Below are positions 1 through 9,319 of a stretch of DNA of 64,000 nucleotides, in pieces (the first letter of the stretch is position 1; every line of letters starts with the position of its first letter). The notes beneath the pieces are model-generated. The model was not told the origin of the DNA, did not search any database, and was given only the letters and a program-made list of their open reading frames with translations. The DNA comes from Candidatus Saccharimonadota bacterium. GTDB lineage: Bacteria; Patescibacteriota; Saccharimonadia; Saccharimonadales; SZUA-47. Location of the stretch: assembly GCA_016700315.1 (NCBI GenBank), contig CP065013.1, forward strand, positions 774,727-838,726, in the 5' to 3' direction. A program made the position numbers and the translations under genes.

Positions 1-489
1 GAATACATCGTAAAGTCACTAGTTGGTAATCCTGACGCAGTCAAGCTAGTGCGGACCATTGACGAAAAAGGTGTGCTCTTGGAACTCACTGTTGATCCTG
101 AGGATCTCGGCCGTGTTATCGGTAAAAGAGGGGCAACTGCTCAGAGCCTAAGGACATTGTTGCGGGCATTGGGTACAAAAAACGAGGCTCGCTACAACCT
201 GAAGATTGTTGACAACGGTGAGCCAAGACCAGAGCGAGCGTCTCGTGATGAAAGCAGATATTCTGCAAGCAACGACTCTTCTTCTAGCTACGGATCAGAC
301 GATTCAACCAGTAGTGACGATTCGGTGACAAGCGTCTCTGATGACTCATCGAATGATACCATTAATAAAGCGAGCGATGATGCTTGGGGTATGCCAGAAC
401 CAAGTTCTGATAAAGATGAAGCAGATCACGAATCGGTTATGTCCAAGACCCGCAAAGAGCTAGAAGATCTCGACGACCTCGATATCTGA
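1..489 (+). CDS. khpA: KH-domain RNA-binding protein (KhpA/YlqC-like), 5' partial, with long acidic Ser/Asp-rich C-terminal tail
   Basis: Frame 1 is open from window start; VGRVIGKRGATAQSLR KH-type motif; classic position upstream of trmD. Confidence 0.6.
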   Translation, partial: EYIVKSLVGNPDAVKLVRTIDEKGVLLELTVDPEDLGRVIGKRGATAQSLRTLLRALGTKNEARYNLKIVDNGEPRPERASRDESRYSASNDSSSSYGSDDSTSSDDSVTSVSDDSSNDTINKASDDAWGMPEPSSDKDEADHESVMSKTRKELEDLDDLDI

Positions 490-916
490 GCAACATGCCA
501 GCCGGCCTTCTTTGGGGCGCAGTCCCAAACTCTGCCGACTTCTCTGGCTATCGAACGCTTTTTTACTGTGTTGCTCACTCGCCGTATATTAAATACGTCT
601 TGTTGCGTTACTCGCTAAAAACCGTACGCTAGCTCAGAGCATGTTACTCAGATGCTAATGTGGTTTGAAGCCCATATCTACTTCATTAATCCTTAATCGT
701 CAATCGTTATTCAGCGCCGAAGACGTATAAAGCGCTTGTGCTAGTGTTCGTGGTCTGTTAGGATATTTATTACGTCCGTTAAAAACAAAAGCGGCAACAA
801 AAACAAAAACAATTCAAAGCTCATTGCGAGCCATCGGGTTCAATAAGTAAGCCAGATGGGGGCTTTATGTGATTAAATGACTGTCGAACTGGCGGTCATT
901 TAAGTTAGGGCGAGAA

Positions 917-1357
917 TTACCTTACAAGAGTCAAGTGTCTAGCCCGGGAGGTACGTCGTACTGCCTTGATCTCGGGAGTGCCATTCCAATGGTTACTAAT
1001 TTCTTTACCCGCATCTATTGCTTTAGAAAGAATGCTCCAGATCACCTCGTCGTATGGCAGCTCTAGTACAGGCTGGCAATACTGCTCGCTGTGGTACTTA
1101 GTCATAACCATCTCAGCTAGCAGTCTGCGGCTAATAGTAGCGGCGGTATCTTGTTCATTATCATTATTTACAGCAAATAAGTGAGGATATCTTTTTTTTA
1201 GAAATTGATTACTATTCGTTTTATAAACATCAATCGCTAGGTTGAGCTTTATTGTAAAAGCCCTCGGATTTGGTTCATCAGACATATTTAGGCCATCGTT
1301 AGCTAAAAGTGCTTCCTGGGGACTAAATTTTATCTTCTCTTTATCTCGCAACATCAC
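917..1357 (-). CDS. hypothetical protein (sits where rimM is usually found between khpA and trmD, but antisense)
   Basis: 146-aa ORF, no recognisable motif. Confidence 0.35.
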   Translation of the reverse strand: MMLRDKEKIKFSPQEALLANDGLNMSDEPNPRAFTIKLNLAIDVYKTNSNQFLKKRYPHLFAVNNDNEQDTAATISRRLLAEMVMTKYHSEQYCQPVLELPYDEVIWSILSKAIDAGKEISNHWNGTPEIKAVRRTSRARHLTLVR

Positions 1358-1368
1358 AATATGTTATA

Positions 1369-2016
1369 ATGAAACTAATGAAAATACAAGTAATAACATT
1401 ATTCCCGCAGATGTTTGAGGGTGTTTTGGGTCAAAGTATGATGTGGAAGGCTCAAGACAAAGCTAAAGTCGAATTTGAGCTGATAGATCTGAGGCAATTT
1501 GGGTTGGGTCCCCGTCGGCAAGTTGATGATACTCCGTACGGTGGCGGTGACGGCATGCTTCTGATGATCGAGCCGCTGGTTAGAGCTATAGAATTTGCTA
1601 AAGTTAACTCGCCATCGGCCAAAGTAATTTTGCCTACGCCTCGCGGCAAAACCTACAAGCAATCGGACGCCAAGAGGCTAGCAGCAGCATCAAATGATCT
1701 GATAATCGTTTGCCCACGCTACGAAGGCTATGATGAGCGGGTTACTAATTGGGTAGACGAGCAGTTTTGCGTCGGTAATTACGTTCTAACTGGCGGCGAA
1801 TTGCCGGCTATGGTAATTATCGATTCAGTTGTCAGACTCCTGCCAGGTGTGTTGGGCGGCGAAAAAAGTGTTGAGATAGAGTCCTTTCAGGAGGACGATA
1901 AAAAGATCGAGTTTCCCCAGTACACCAGACCCGAAAAGTTCAGGGGCCAAAATGTGCCCAAGGTGCTATTAAACGGGCATCACGCAGAAATTGAAAAGTG
2001 GCGAGCCGAAAACTAA
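1369..2016 (+). CDS. trmD: tRNA (guanine37-N1)-methyltransferase TrmD
   Basis: VITLFPQMFEG, YGGGDGMLLMIEP, VLTGGELPAMVIIDSVVRLLPGVLG SPOUT-knot motifs. Confidence 0.9.
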   Translation: MKLMKIQVITLFPQMFEGVLGQSMMWKAQDKAKVEFELIDLRQFGLGPRRQVDDTPYGGGDGMLLMIEPLVRAIEFAKVNSPSAKVILPTPRGKTYKQSDAKRLAAASNDLIIVCPRYEGYDERVTNWVDEQFCVGNYVLTGGELPAMVIIDSVVRLLPGVLGGEKSVEIESFQEDDKKIEFPQYTRPEKFRGQNVPKVLLNGHHAEIEKWRAEN

Positions 2017-2087
2017 CATTAAACTTGCATGATCTGCATGTAAAGCGTATAATCACGTTTAATAAGTAGTGTATCGGAGGAGATATA

Positions 2088-3113
2088 ATGGGACGTGCTA
2101 GAGCTATAGGTTTAACAGTAGGATTATTTGGTGCTGGAGTTGGTGGGTCGTTGCTAAAAGGGGGAGAGGTTAGCGCACACGTGCCTTTAGTTACTCCGAC
2201 CTGTGACTCTCTGGATATCGATCTATCAAGGTATGAGGATAATGGTACGGGCCAAAACAACATTATCAGAGTTGTTGTAGATGGTACTCTAGTTACGAAC
2301 TCATTATTCGGCAGCAGATATGTCAAATCTATAGAGCTGAATCCCGCACAGAAACATGACTATGAGGTCACAGTAGACGCCAACAGGTTGATTGGCGATC
2401 CTGTAAAATGGGATTTTTCAACTAGCGGTACCACTGAGAAGTGCGTGTCTCCAACCGACCCCACAGAAAGTACCGAAGCTTCAACGACTACATCCACCAC
2501 CGAAGCTCCAACTACGACTACATCTACCACTGAAGCTCCAACTACGACTACATCTACCACTGAAGCTCCAACTACGACTACGTCGACAACTGAAGCCCCA
2601 ACTACGACTACATCTACCACTGAAGCTCCAACTACGACTACGTCGACAACTGAAGCCCCAACTACGACTACTACATCTACCACTGAAGCTCCAACTACGA
2701 CTACATCCACCACTGAGGCTCCTACAACTACCACAACCACCGAAGCTCCAACTACGACTACATCTACCACTGAGGCTCCTACAACTACCACAACCACCGA
2801 AGCTCCAACAACGACTACATCCACCACTGAAGCTCCAACAACGACTACATCCACCACTGAGGCTCCTACAACCACCTCAACCACTGAAGCTCCAACAACG
2901 ACAACTACCGAAGCCCCAACAACGACTTCAGCCACAGAAGCTCCAACAACCACAACAACTTCTGATGTTGTGCACACTACAACCACTGTTAGCGACAGAG
3001 AGACTCCAGGCACCGGTTCAGAACCAGGCGGCGTAGTATTATGGGCCAGTATAATTACTGGTTCAGGGTTAGCGATCTACGGTGCATCGCGTATTAGGAA
3101 AAGGACTGTCTAG
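2088..3113 (+). CDS. Thr-rich mucin-like surface protein with C-terminal hydrophobic anchor plus basic tail
   Basis: About 13 tandem STTEAPTTTTS repeats; C-terminus TPGTGSEPGGVVLWASIITGSGLAIYGASRIRKRTV resembles a cell-wall sorting signal. Confidence 0.7.
   Translation: MGRARAIGLTVGLFGAGVGGSLLKGGEVSAHVPLVTPTCDSLDIDLSRYEDNGTGQNNIIRVVVDGTLVTNSLFGSRYVKSIELNPAQKHDYEVTVDANRLIGDPVKWDFSTSGTTEKCVSPTDPTESTEASTTTSTTEAPTTTTSTTEAPTTTTSTTEAPTTTTSTTEAPTTTTSTTEAPTTTTSTTEAPTTTTTSTTEAPTTTTSTTEAPTTTTTTEAPTTTTSTTEAPTTTTTTEAPTTTTSTTEAPTTTTSTTEAPTTTSTTEAPTTTTTEAPTTTSATEAPTTTTTSDVVHTTTTVSDRETPGTGSEPGGVVLWASIITGSGLAIYGASRIRKRTV
2470..2960. repeat. 33-nt tandem repeat array (about 13-14 copies) encoding TEAPTTTTSTT units
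   Basis: Near-identical repeats accgaagctccaactacgactacatctaccact directly visible. Confidence 0.85.
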
Positions 3114-3718
3114 CTCTTCTTCGGCCTAATCAGCAGCCATAGTACTTCTGCTAAAATCAGGAAGAATACACAGTAAAACCCTACTTCTATGGCAAGCTCT
3201 GCTTTGTAGCCTTCGTTGAAATGCGTATGGAAGTACCACCAAGCGCTAAGTATATATAAGGCAATCGTGCATAGGGTGGTGACAAGTATTGAAAACTTTT
3301 TTAGCAGCAGTGAAGAAACCACAATCGGCAGAGTAAACAATATTACGGCTCTACTCGACATACCGCGCTGAGTGTAAATACTGAAAGTTGCGAGAGCTAG
3401 ATCGGCAGTTATTAGAGCCCAGATAACTCTCCTATGATGGCCGTGATCTCTGTTTGGTTTTGAAGAGTAAAACCAGGCTAAAATGTAGACGCTGGTTACG
3501 ACAAAAAGCGCTAGCCAACGCTGTTTGGCAGCGAAAGGTGTGATTAGATTCCAGGCATCAGAGAGGACGATGTAGACTGCATAAATTAATGCTAGAACTA
3601 TGTGTAGTTTAGCCGCAGGTCTTGAAACAGATTCTAGCCAATGATCGAGTTTTTTTTCGATGACTTTTTGTTTTTTCATTAACCTAATAAGTAAAGCATA
3701 AAACAAGATCCTGCGCAA
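3110..3718 (-). CDS. polytopic membrane protein, unknown function
   Basis: 202-aa ORF with 5-6 hydrophobic helices. Confidence 0.55.
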   Translation of the reverse strand: MRRILFYALLIRLMKKQKVIEKKLDHWLESVSRPAAKLHIVLALIYAVYIVLSDAWNLITPFAAKQRWLALFVVTSVYILAWFYSSKPNRDHGHHRRVIWALITADLALATFSIYTQRGMSSRAVILFTLPIVVSSLLLKKFSILVTTLCTIALYILSAWWYFHTHFNEGYKAELAIEVGFYCVFFLILAEVLWLLIRPKKS

Positions 3719-3753
3719 AAAAGTTCACAGGATCTTGATTGTTATCGTAATTT

Positions 3754-3927
3754 TTAGGCTTCTACGATTTCGGCATCGGCGGAAGCTCGTGCAACAGCCT
3801 CACAGCCTCGCTTGGCACCTGCTTTGTCGGCGTATTCTTCGCCTGTAGCAACTACTTCGCCATTACCGGCTTTTAGACGCCAACGGTAACCGTTTTTACT
3901 TTCATAAATCTCAAATTTTGCTGCCAT
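3754..3927 (-). CDS. YegP/DUF1508 (UPF0339) small protein
   Basis: 57-aa ORF not in track: MAAKFEIYESKNGYRWRLKAGNGEVVATGEEYADKAGAKRGCEAVARASADAEIVEA; FEIY-x-GY-RWRL-A-NGE core typical of YegP. Confidence 0.55.
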   Translation of the reverse strand: MAAKFEIYESKNGYRWRLKAGNGEVVATGEEYADKAGAKRGCEAVARASADAEIVEA

Positions 3928-4051
3928 GTTTAAGTAACCTCCTTAATTTAGTATCTTCATTTTACTCTCTCCGTGGCCTATCGGTCTACGGAAAATGGCT
4001 ATTGTTGACATTAAGACTATAATAAAAGCATAAGACTAAAGGAGAAAAACA

Positions 4052-4576
4052 ATGAAAAAAATAAAACTTATGAGCGCTGCCTTCTGCCTAATAGCCGCAA
4101 GCTTGCTCATGCTAGGGAGTAATTATGCATCCCTCACCGTAAAGGATCAGCTTTCAGCCCAAAAAATATCATTTCCAGATAAGGCAACGTTAGAAAAAGA
4201 CAACTCCAAGCTGGTCTCTTTTGCCGACAAAGCTGTAGATACGGGTGATGAAGCGAAAGCTTATTCGGATTACATCAAAGGCCACTTGGCAAAAGTTGCC
4301 AATGGCAAAACCTATTCGGAGGTAAGCGGCGAGTTTCAAAAAGATCGAACCAACAAAACCCTAGAGGCCCAGAGAACTAATCTTTTCATGGGCGAGACGT
4401 TACGCGGTTTACTACTCAACGCGTGGGGTTGGGGCTTAGTTGGAAAAATTGCTCTATGGGCCTCGTATGCAGTGTTCATAGTTTCGGTTGGACTGTTAGT
4501 GTGGGCAGTAGCCGACAGTGGTACTCGTAAATCGCTGCCAGCCCATACGGTTGCAAAACGAAAAGCCAAAAAGTAG
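4052..4576 (+). CDS. secreted/lipoprotein-like hypothetical protein with C-terminal TM helix
   Basis: N-terminal MKKIKLMSAAFCLIAASLLMLGSNYAS signal-like segment; C-terminal hydrophobic stretch plus KRKAKK. Confidence 0.5.
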   Translation: MKKIKLMSAAFCLIAASLLMLGSNYASLTVKDQLSAQKISFPDKATLEKDNSKLVSFADKAVDTGDEAKAYSDYIKGHLAKVANGKTYSEVSGEFQKDRTNKTLEAQRTNLFMGETLRGLLLNAWGWGLVGKIALWASYAVFIVSVGLLVWAVADSGTRKSLPAHTVAKRKAKK

Positions 4577-4579
4577 TTA

Positions 4580-5188
4580 CTAGGGTCGAAAGCTGCTAGG
4601 CAAGTTGTCGAAGTCAGTCTCGGCGATAATCGCATCCGCTTCTTTGTTCGCTGCAGCTATTTTATGACGCTGCTTTAGGGAATTGAATGCTAAATAAACT
4701 GCCTGGGCGGTGACGCCAATGCCGTCCGCTAGAAAATCTCCTAGCTCCTTATTTTCAGCCTTAGCCTTGTGGCTTGCAAGTAAGTCAGATAGCTTATAGA
4801 GCTCTGGGTGAGATTTGAAACCCCTTGAGGATATGTTATAAAACATTGATGTGGGATCATTGACTGCCAGAATGGTGCGACCGAAACCCTGAAGCTGGGT
4901 GCTGGCTAGCCTTCTGCACTCTGGAAAATCGGCTATTGGAAGGACACTTTGATCTAATGCTAAGCTAGTAATGCCTGATCCAATAACAAACGCATCCCTG
5001 CACTTAGCAACACCAGAAGCAGTATCAAAAAGCGGAAATACCGTCTCAGCGAGCAAAGTACACGCAGCTTTAATTTCTGAGTCAAAAAGATTTTCGATGC
5101 TGCCTACTAATTTCGTAGGATCAGCCAACGCTCTCTCATAGACATTGGACAGAGGGTCTAAAACCAAAGCCTCTGGATAAACAGGCAT
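4580..5188 (-). CDS. hypothetical protein adjacent to the tRNA-Gln island
   Basis: 202-aa ORF, no recognisable motif. Confidence 0.4.
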   Translation of the reverse strand: MPVYPEALVLDPLSNVYERALADPTKLVGSIENLFDSEIKAACTLLAETVFPLFDTASGVAKCRDAFVIGSGITSLALDQSVLPIADFPECRRLASTQLQGFGRTILAVNDPTSMFYNISSRGFKSHPELYKLSDLLASHKAKAENKELGDFLADGIGVTAQAVYLAFNSLKQRHKIAAANKEADAIIAETDFDNLPSSFRP

Positions 5189-5646
5189 GAGAATATCTTA
5201 CAACATTTAGAATAATATTCAATACCCCGGTATTGTTTTAGTCGTAAGTTTTATGATTGGCCGCGTTTTTCGACGCTAGTCAGATTTTAGATTGGACCGA
5301 GTTTTAGGCTATGATATCCTAGTAACACTTGTTTATGCACTAAGCGTGAAAAAGCCCTGAAGATCTTTCTGATGGCAGATCGTAAGAGAACTTTTCAGGT
5401 TCCACATTCGGGTGAGAAGCACCAGCGGTGCTTCGGAAACTCGGAAACAGATTTTGAACTTGTTCAAAGTATGTTGAGAGCGGTGAAGCAATCCTGTGAA
5501 TTGCTGCAAGTGAGTCCACTCTTGAAGATTCATTTTCAAAGAGGTGGCGAAGGGGTCGCAGAATGTGACCGGGACTCGGCTGAAACTTGTTTCACCAAGA
5601 TCGTGACGACAATCCCATTCGAACACCTCGCACCTTTAAGGTATAA

Positions 5647-7263
5647 TCAATCATATATTGGGGATTGGCCAAGCGGTAAGGCAACGGGTTCTGGTCCCGT
5701 GATCGGGGGTTCGAATCCCTCATCCCCAGCCATTTTCGGACTTTTTAAGAATTGGTCGCCCAAATGGGCGGCTTTTTCTTTGGCTGCGCGGAGCGCAAGC
5801 CAGATGTTTTCTTGGGGGGAATTGGAGCTACGGCGCGGCAGAAGCCGCGCTTGTTTTTTAGATAAAAAGAGGTTCAATCCGTCAATTTCAGCAAAAGCGG
5901 CTTTTATGGCAATCGGCTCGGCGTTTGTGGCTATTTTCTTGAGAGAAACAGCCGTTTTGAGCCACTGGCGCATAGGTTCAACCCAACTATTAGCGGCAAG
6001 TGTAAGTTTGGCGATTTGTTCTTCAAGCGACTTCTTTTCACTCATTAGTTCGGCTTGCTTGGTTTTGTATGTCGGCTGGTCAATGTCTTGGTCTAGGTAA
6101 CTGTCCAGAAGTCGCTGTAACTTGCTTTGCAAGTTACGCACCTTTTCTTGTGCTTCGGCTATGAATACGCCAGTGGTTCGCTCGGCTGTTTTCTCGTCCT
6201 CGTTCAGCATTTGCTCAAGCGTAGTTGCCCACGCGCTCGGCAGGGCGTAGCCCTGCAAAATATCGGACAACTGCGCCACAAGCTGTGGTTCGGTTATGGC
6301 TAGTTCAATGCACTTCATTATTTTACTTTTGCGCGTGCAACGGTAATAGGTGTATTCGTGTATATTGCCGTTCTTTTGGTGCTTGACTTTCTTTTCGGCA
6401 GTAATTGCCATATTGCACACGCCGCAAATTAGCAAACCGCATAAGGCTTGTGGCGCGTTCGCGCCTTTTCGCTTGTGCCCGCGCTTTTCGGCTACTGCTT
6501 GCACCGCGTCAAACAGTTTCTTGGACATAATCGGCGTGTGCTTGCCCTCGTACATCTCACCAGCATATCTAAAATGTCCGTAGTAAAACGGATTTGTCAG
6601 CATATATTTGATTTGGTCTTTTTTGAGGGGCAAGCCGCCGCTGGTTTTTATGCCGTTGTCGGCAAAATAGTCGGCAATCTCCTGCAACCCTTTGTCGCCT
6701 TTGCTGTACAGCTCAAAAGCCGATACAACCAGCGGCGCACGCCGTTTATCTACAACAATAGTGCGGGTACGCACATCATTTATGTAGCCGAGCGGTGCAA
6801 GTCCAGGCATTTCACCGCGTCTGACTTTTTGGCGTAGCCCACGCTTGGTGTTCTCGGACAGATTGTCTACATAGTATTTGCTCTGACCAAATGCGATGGA
6901 CAGCATAAACTTGCCCTGTGATGTGTTCTCAAACCAAAATGTCGGAAACTTCAGATTGGTCAGGTGCGTTTGGTCTAGCAAATATACGATTTGTCCGCCG
7001 TCAATGGAATTACGGGCAAGTCTGTCGGGGTGCCACGCGATTATACCGCTGGCTTCGCCAGCCTCAATGCGCTTCAACATCGTGCCGAACTTCGGGCGGC
7101 CTGGTATTTTAGCGGTGCGCTTTTCAATAATGGTATCTACAATATGCAAGCTGTTATCTCTGGCATACTTCCGCAGTTCGGCAATCTGCGCTTCAATACT
7201 TAAAACCTGCTTGTCCTCTACGTCTGTACTCTTGCGAGCGTACAAAAAGTATTTTTCGTTCAT
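5647..7263 (-). CDS. large serine recombinase (phage-integrase/TnpX/CcrAB-type); C-terminus uncertain because the ORF reads through IR-A and the antisense of tRNA-Gln with no stop
   Basis: N-terminal YARKSTDVEDKQVLSIEAQ catalytic Ser motif; recombinase domain; zinc ribbon CGVCNMAITAEKK...YYRC; C-terminal coiled coil. Confidence 0.85.
   Translation of the reverse strand: MNEKYFLYARKSTDVEDKQVLSIEAQIAELRKYARDNSLHIVDTIIEKRTAKIPGRPKFGTMLKRIEAGEASGIIAWHPDRLARNSIDGGQIVYLLDQTHLTNLKFPTFWFENTSQGKFMLSIAFGQSKYYVDNLSENTKRGLRQKVRRGEMPGLAPLGYINDVRTRTIVVDKRRAPLVVSAFELYSKGDKGLQEIADYFADNGIKTSGGLPLKKDQIKYMLTNPFYYGHFRYAGEMYEGKHTPIMSKKLFDAVQAVAEKRGHKRKGANAPQALCGLLICGVCNMAITAEKKVKHQKNGNIHEYTYYRCTRKSKIMKCIELAITEPQLVAQLSDILQGYALPSAWATTLEQMLNEDEKTAERTTGVFIAEAQEKVRNLQSKLQRLLDSYLDQDIDQPTYKTKQAELMSEKKSLEEQIAKLTLAANSWVEPMRQWLKTAVSLKKIATNAEPIAIKAAFAEIDGLNLFLSKKQARLLPRRSSNSPQENIWLALRAAKEKAAHLGDQFLKSPKMAGDEGFEPPITGPEPVALPLGQSPIYD
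5659..5732 (+). tRNA. tRNA-Gln (anticodon CTG)
   Basis: TGGGGAT acceptor; GCCAAGCGGTAAGGCA D-arm; anticodon loop TTCTGGT; GGTTCGAATCC T-arm; 3' end ATCCCCAGCCA; near-identical in layout to E. coli tRNA-Gln. Confidence 0.9.
5728..5863. repeat. IR-A left copy (136 bp), begins with the last 5 nt (AGCCA) of tRNA-Gln
   Basis: 100% identical to the reverse complement of 7414-7548 by direct comparison. Confidence 0.9.
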
Positions 7264-7392
7264 AGTTTACCCCCTAAAACTTAAATGACCGTCCTGGTGC
7301 AACCAACCTAGAAGAACTAGATTGTCCAAGACGGCCATTTAAGCCCTCAAATAAAAATAGTTCTTCACTGGTTGGTTGCTCTTTCATTATAT

Positions 7393-7413
7393 CAAGAAAA
7401 CCGCCTGTGGCGG
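7393..7413 (-). terminator. hairpin CCGCCACAGGCGG followed by TTTTCTT on the minus strand, at the IR-A boundary upstream of the recombinase gene
   Basis: GC stem plus T-run visible on the reverse strand. Confidence 0.35.
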
Positions 7414-7548
7414 TCTAAAAAACAAGCGCGGCTTCTGCCGCGCCGTAGCTCCAATTCCCCCCAAGAAAACATCTGGCTTGCGCTCCGCGCAGCCAAAGAA
7501 AAAGCCGCCCATTTGGGCGACCAATTCTTAAAAAGTCCGAAAATGGCT
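7414..7548. repeat. IR-A right copy (inverted)
   Basis: Reverse complement matches 5728-5863 exactly. Confidence 0.9.
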
Positions 7549-7758
7549 CATTTTTACAACGAGGCTAGAACCTATTTCCAACAAGATGTGTAAATGTAAG
7601 CCCCACCGTTTGCCAGCCAAAGGCTGACCCGCCCCGCCAGCCCTGACTTTTGCATTTTTGATGTTCCCCCCGCCGAATTTCTTCTTTCAGTTGAGAAAAG
7701 TCAGGTCTGTCGGGTCGGCTGCGCTGGAGCGCAGAAACGGCTGGGCTTGGTCGGTGGC
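7545..7758. repeat. IR-B left copy (214 bp), abuts IR-A right copy through a shared TGGC/GCCA core
   Basis: Reverse complement identical to 9320-9534; the two copies produce the identical 67-70 aa ORFs 7565..7777(-) and 9310..9513(+) seen in the track. Confidence 0.9.
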
Positions 7759-7953
7759 ACAACGTACAAAAAACCAAAAAATGCTGGACTTTTCATTGTA
7801 CCTATGCTACAATATATTTTATGAAATTGAGCAACAATTTCTCATCAGTTAAATCACTCGTTGCTCTGCATCTCTTGCACTGGGCTTAGTCCCGAATTGT
7901 CTTAAATTACCATTTGAATCTATATTATTTCTTAAACTTTTAGGAGAAAGACC

Positions 7954-8643
7954 ATGTCCGCCATAGGAATACTTGGCGGTATGGGGCCTCAAGCAAGCAA
8001 TAAGCTGTATGAGCTACTCATTAAGGGTACGCAGAACTATACGCCTGCCGCCGTTGATGATGACTATCCAGAAATTGTCTTGCTGAACGTCCCCGTACCC
8101 AACTTCATATCAGACAAAAGCGAATTGCCAAATGCGAGGCAAATGCTTATCGAACGCACAAAGCTGCTTGAACAAGCAGGCTGTACCGTCAATGGTATCG
8201 CCTGTAATACAGCACACATCTTACTGCCCGAACTGCAAGCAGTAACAAAAGTGCCGTTCTTGGCCATACCCGCGTTAGTGGCAGATAACATTAAGGCCGC
8301 TGGCTACAAGCGAGTAGGCTTGTTGGCTACGCCCACAACCTTAAACTCTACGATATATGACGAGGCTTTAGCCGATGTCGCTGAAATAGTGCGGCCAGAC
8401 ACTACATTTGCAGAGCAAATTGAGCAATACATCTATAAAAAGCTCAATGACAGTTTGACGGAACGTGAAAGGCAGCAATTTAGGCGACAGGTTAAAACAT
8501 TTAAGGAAGCGTACAACCTAGAAACAATTATTCTAGGCTGTACAGAATTGCCGCTAGTATACGGTGCCATTGATAGTGCGGATGTCATCGACACGTTGCA
8601 AGTTCTAGCCGATGAGCTGCTGAAAGAGTATTTTACTCCTTAG
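7954..8643 (+). CDS. aspartate/glutamate racemase family protein (aspartate racemase-like)
   Basis: MSAIGILGGMGPQAS start, NTAHILLPEL and GCTELPLV motifs of the Asp/Glu/hydantoin racemase fold. Confidence 0.8.
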   Translation: MSAIGILGGMGPQASNKLYELLIKGTQNYTPAAVDDDYPEIVLLNVPVPNFISDKSELPNARQMLIERTKLLEQAGCTVNGIACNTAHILLPELQAVTKVPFLAIPALVADNIKAAGYKRVGLLATPTTLNSTIYDEALADVAEIVRPDTTFAEQIEQYIYKKLNDSLTERERQQFRRQVKTFKEAYNLETIILGCTELPLVYGAIDSADVIDTLQVLADELLKEYFTP

Positions 8644-9283
8644 CAAGTTTCTCTTGGCTCGAACCGTTGATGATGTAAACATCACCGTCACGAAAGGTTT
8701 TATGTGGTATGTTGTTGCCCACAACATACTCATATTCCTTTTCGACTGCTTCGGACTCGTGGTGGTTTGAGTGAAAGTGTACGATTGGGTAGAAATCTAT
8801 ATAGCCCAAACCGTCCCATATTTCGCCAGACTCGTAGCCTGCTGCGCTTGCGTCTTTGTCATCGACCAGCTCAACGCCTTTGAGCGATTTTGTGAGTACA
8901 CAGAACGCTGCACTATAACCAGCATAGACCAGTTTGTCGGTTTCTATGAGTTCCCGAAAAACTTTGTCAAAACCACTTTGCTTAAAGGCTTTTGCGAGTA
9001 TAAATACATTTCCACCACTGAACCAAACTAAGTCGTATTGCTCCATTTTTTCAACGATGCCGTCTTTGCCAAAATAGTGGCGTAAATCTAGTTCTTCTGG
9101 CTGATAGCCGAGGCTTTTCATATCTTCAAGTTCTCGTTTGAGGACGATGTCATTTCTGACATCTGGCTCTGTACTATCAAGAGCATTAACGCAAACGGCC
9201 ACTTTTGCCGCTGGCTTACCAACCAGCTCTTTTAGTTTTTCGGTGTGATCTCCGAGGCGATACGATGACATATAGAGTTTCAT
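8633..9283 (-). CDS. peptidase S51 family (peptidase E / alpha-aspartyl dipeptidase-like)
   Basis: LVWFSGGNVFILAKAFKQSGFDKVF...YAGYSAAFCV motifs; start chosen at MKLYMSSY just outside IR-B. Confidence 0.75.
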   Translation of the reverse strand: MKLYMSSYRLGDHTEKLKELVGKPAAKVAVCVNALDSTEPDVRNDIVLKRELEDMKSLGYQPEELDLRHYFGKDGIVEKMEQYDLVWFSGGNVFILAKAFKQSGFDKVFRELIETDKLVYAGYSAAFCVLTKSLKGVELVDDKDASAAGYESGEIWDGLGYIDFYPIVHFHSNHHESEAVEKEYEYVVGNNIPHKTFRDGDVYIINGSSQEKLAKE

Positions 9284-9319
9284 AAGATAAGCATAGCAAA
9301 TCGCTAGGCTTGCAGCTAC

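Noticed and set aside
1399-1662. Minus-strand ORFs nested in trmD (1399..1662, 1452..1649) and many other small antisense ORFs in the track (e.g. 25047..25469, 39296..39652, 41832..42188, 55865..56170)
   Set aside because: All are embedded antisense in strongly supported housekeeping genes with no independent signal.
2360-3013. 217-aa minus-strand ORF rich in Val/Gly/Ala
   Set aside because: It is the antisense reading of the Thr-rich 33-nt tandem array; repeats in the sense gene automatically give a stop-free antisense frame.
5659-5732. tmRNA or another tRNA-like structure
   Set aside because: Full cloverleaf with a CTG anticodon and E. coli tRNA-Gln-like D-arm; no tmRNA tag reading frame or pseudoknots nearby.
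5647-5870. C-terminal about 75 aa of the recombinase ORF, reading through IR-A and antisense tRNA-Gln
   Set aside because: Kept within the CDS coordinates because there is no in-frame stop, but the segment overlapping the tRNA (5659-5732) is probably not genuine coding sequence; the true stop is uncertain.
5372-6100. 242-aa plus-strand ORF (and 6350..7288 plus-strand ORFs)
   Set aside because: They are antisense to the well-supported serine recombinase gene and span the tRNA; no motif and low complexity.
7565-7777. Identical 67-70 aa ORFs at 7565..7777 (-) and 9310..9513 (+); also 7372..7593 (+) and 7658..7852 (+)
   Set aside because: They lie wholly inside IR-A/IR-B and are identical only because the DNA is an inverted repeat. 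No RBS or motif. Treated as repeat sequence, though coding cannot be excluded.
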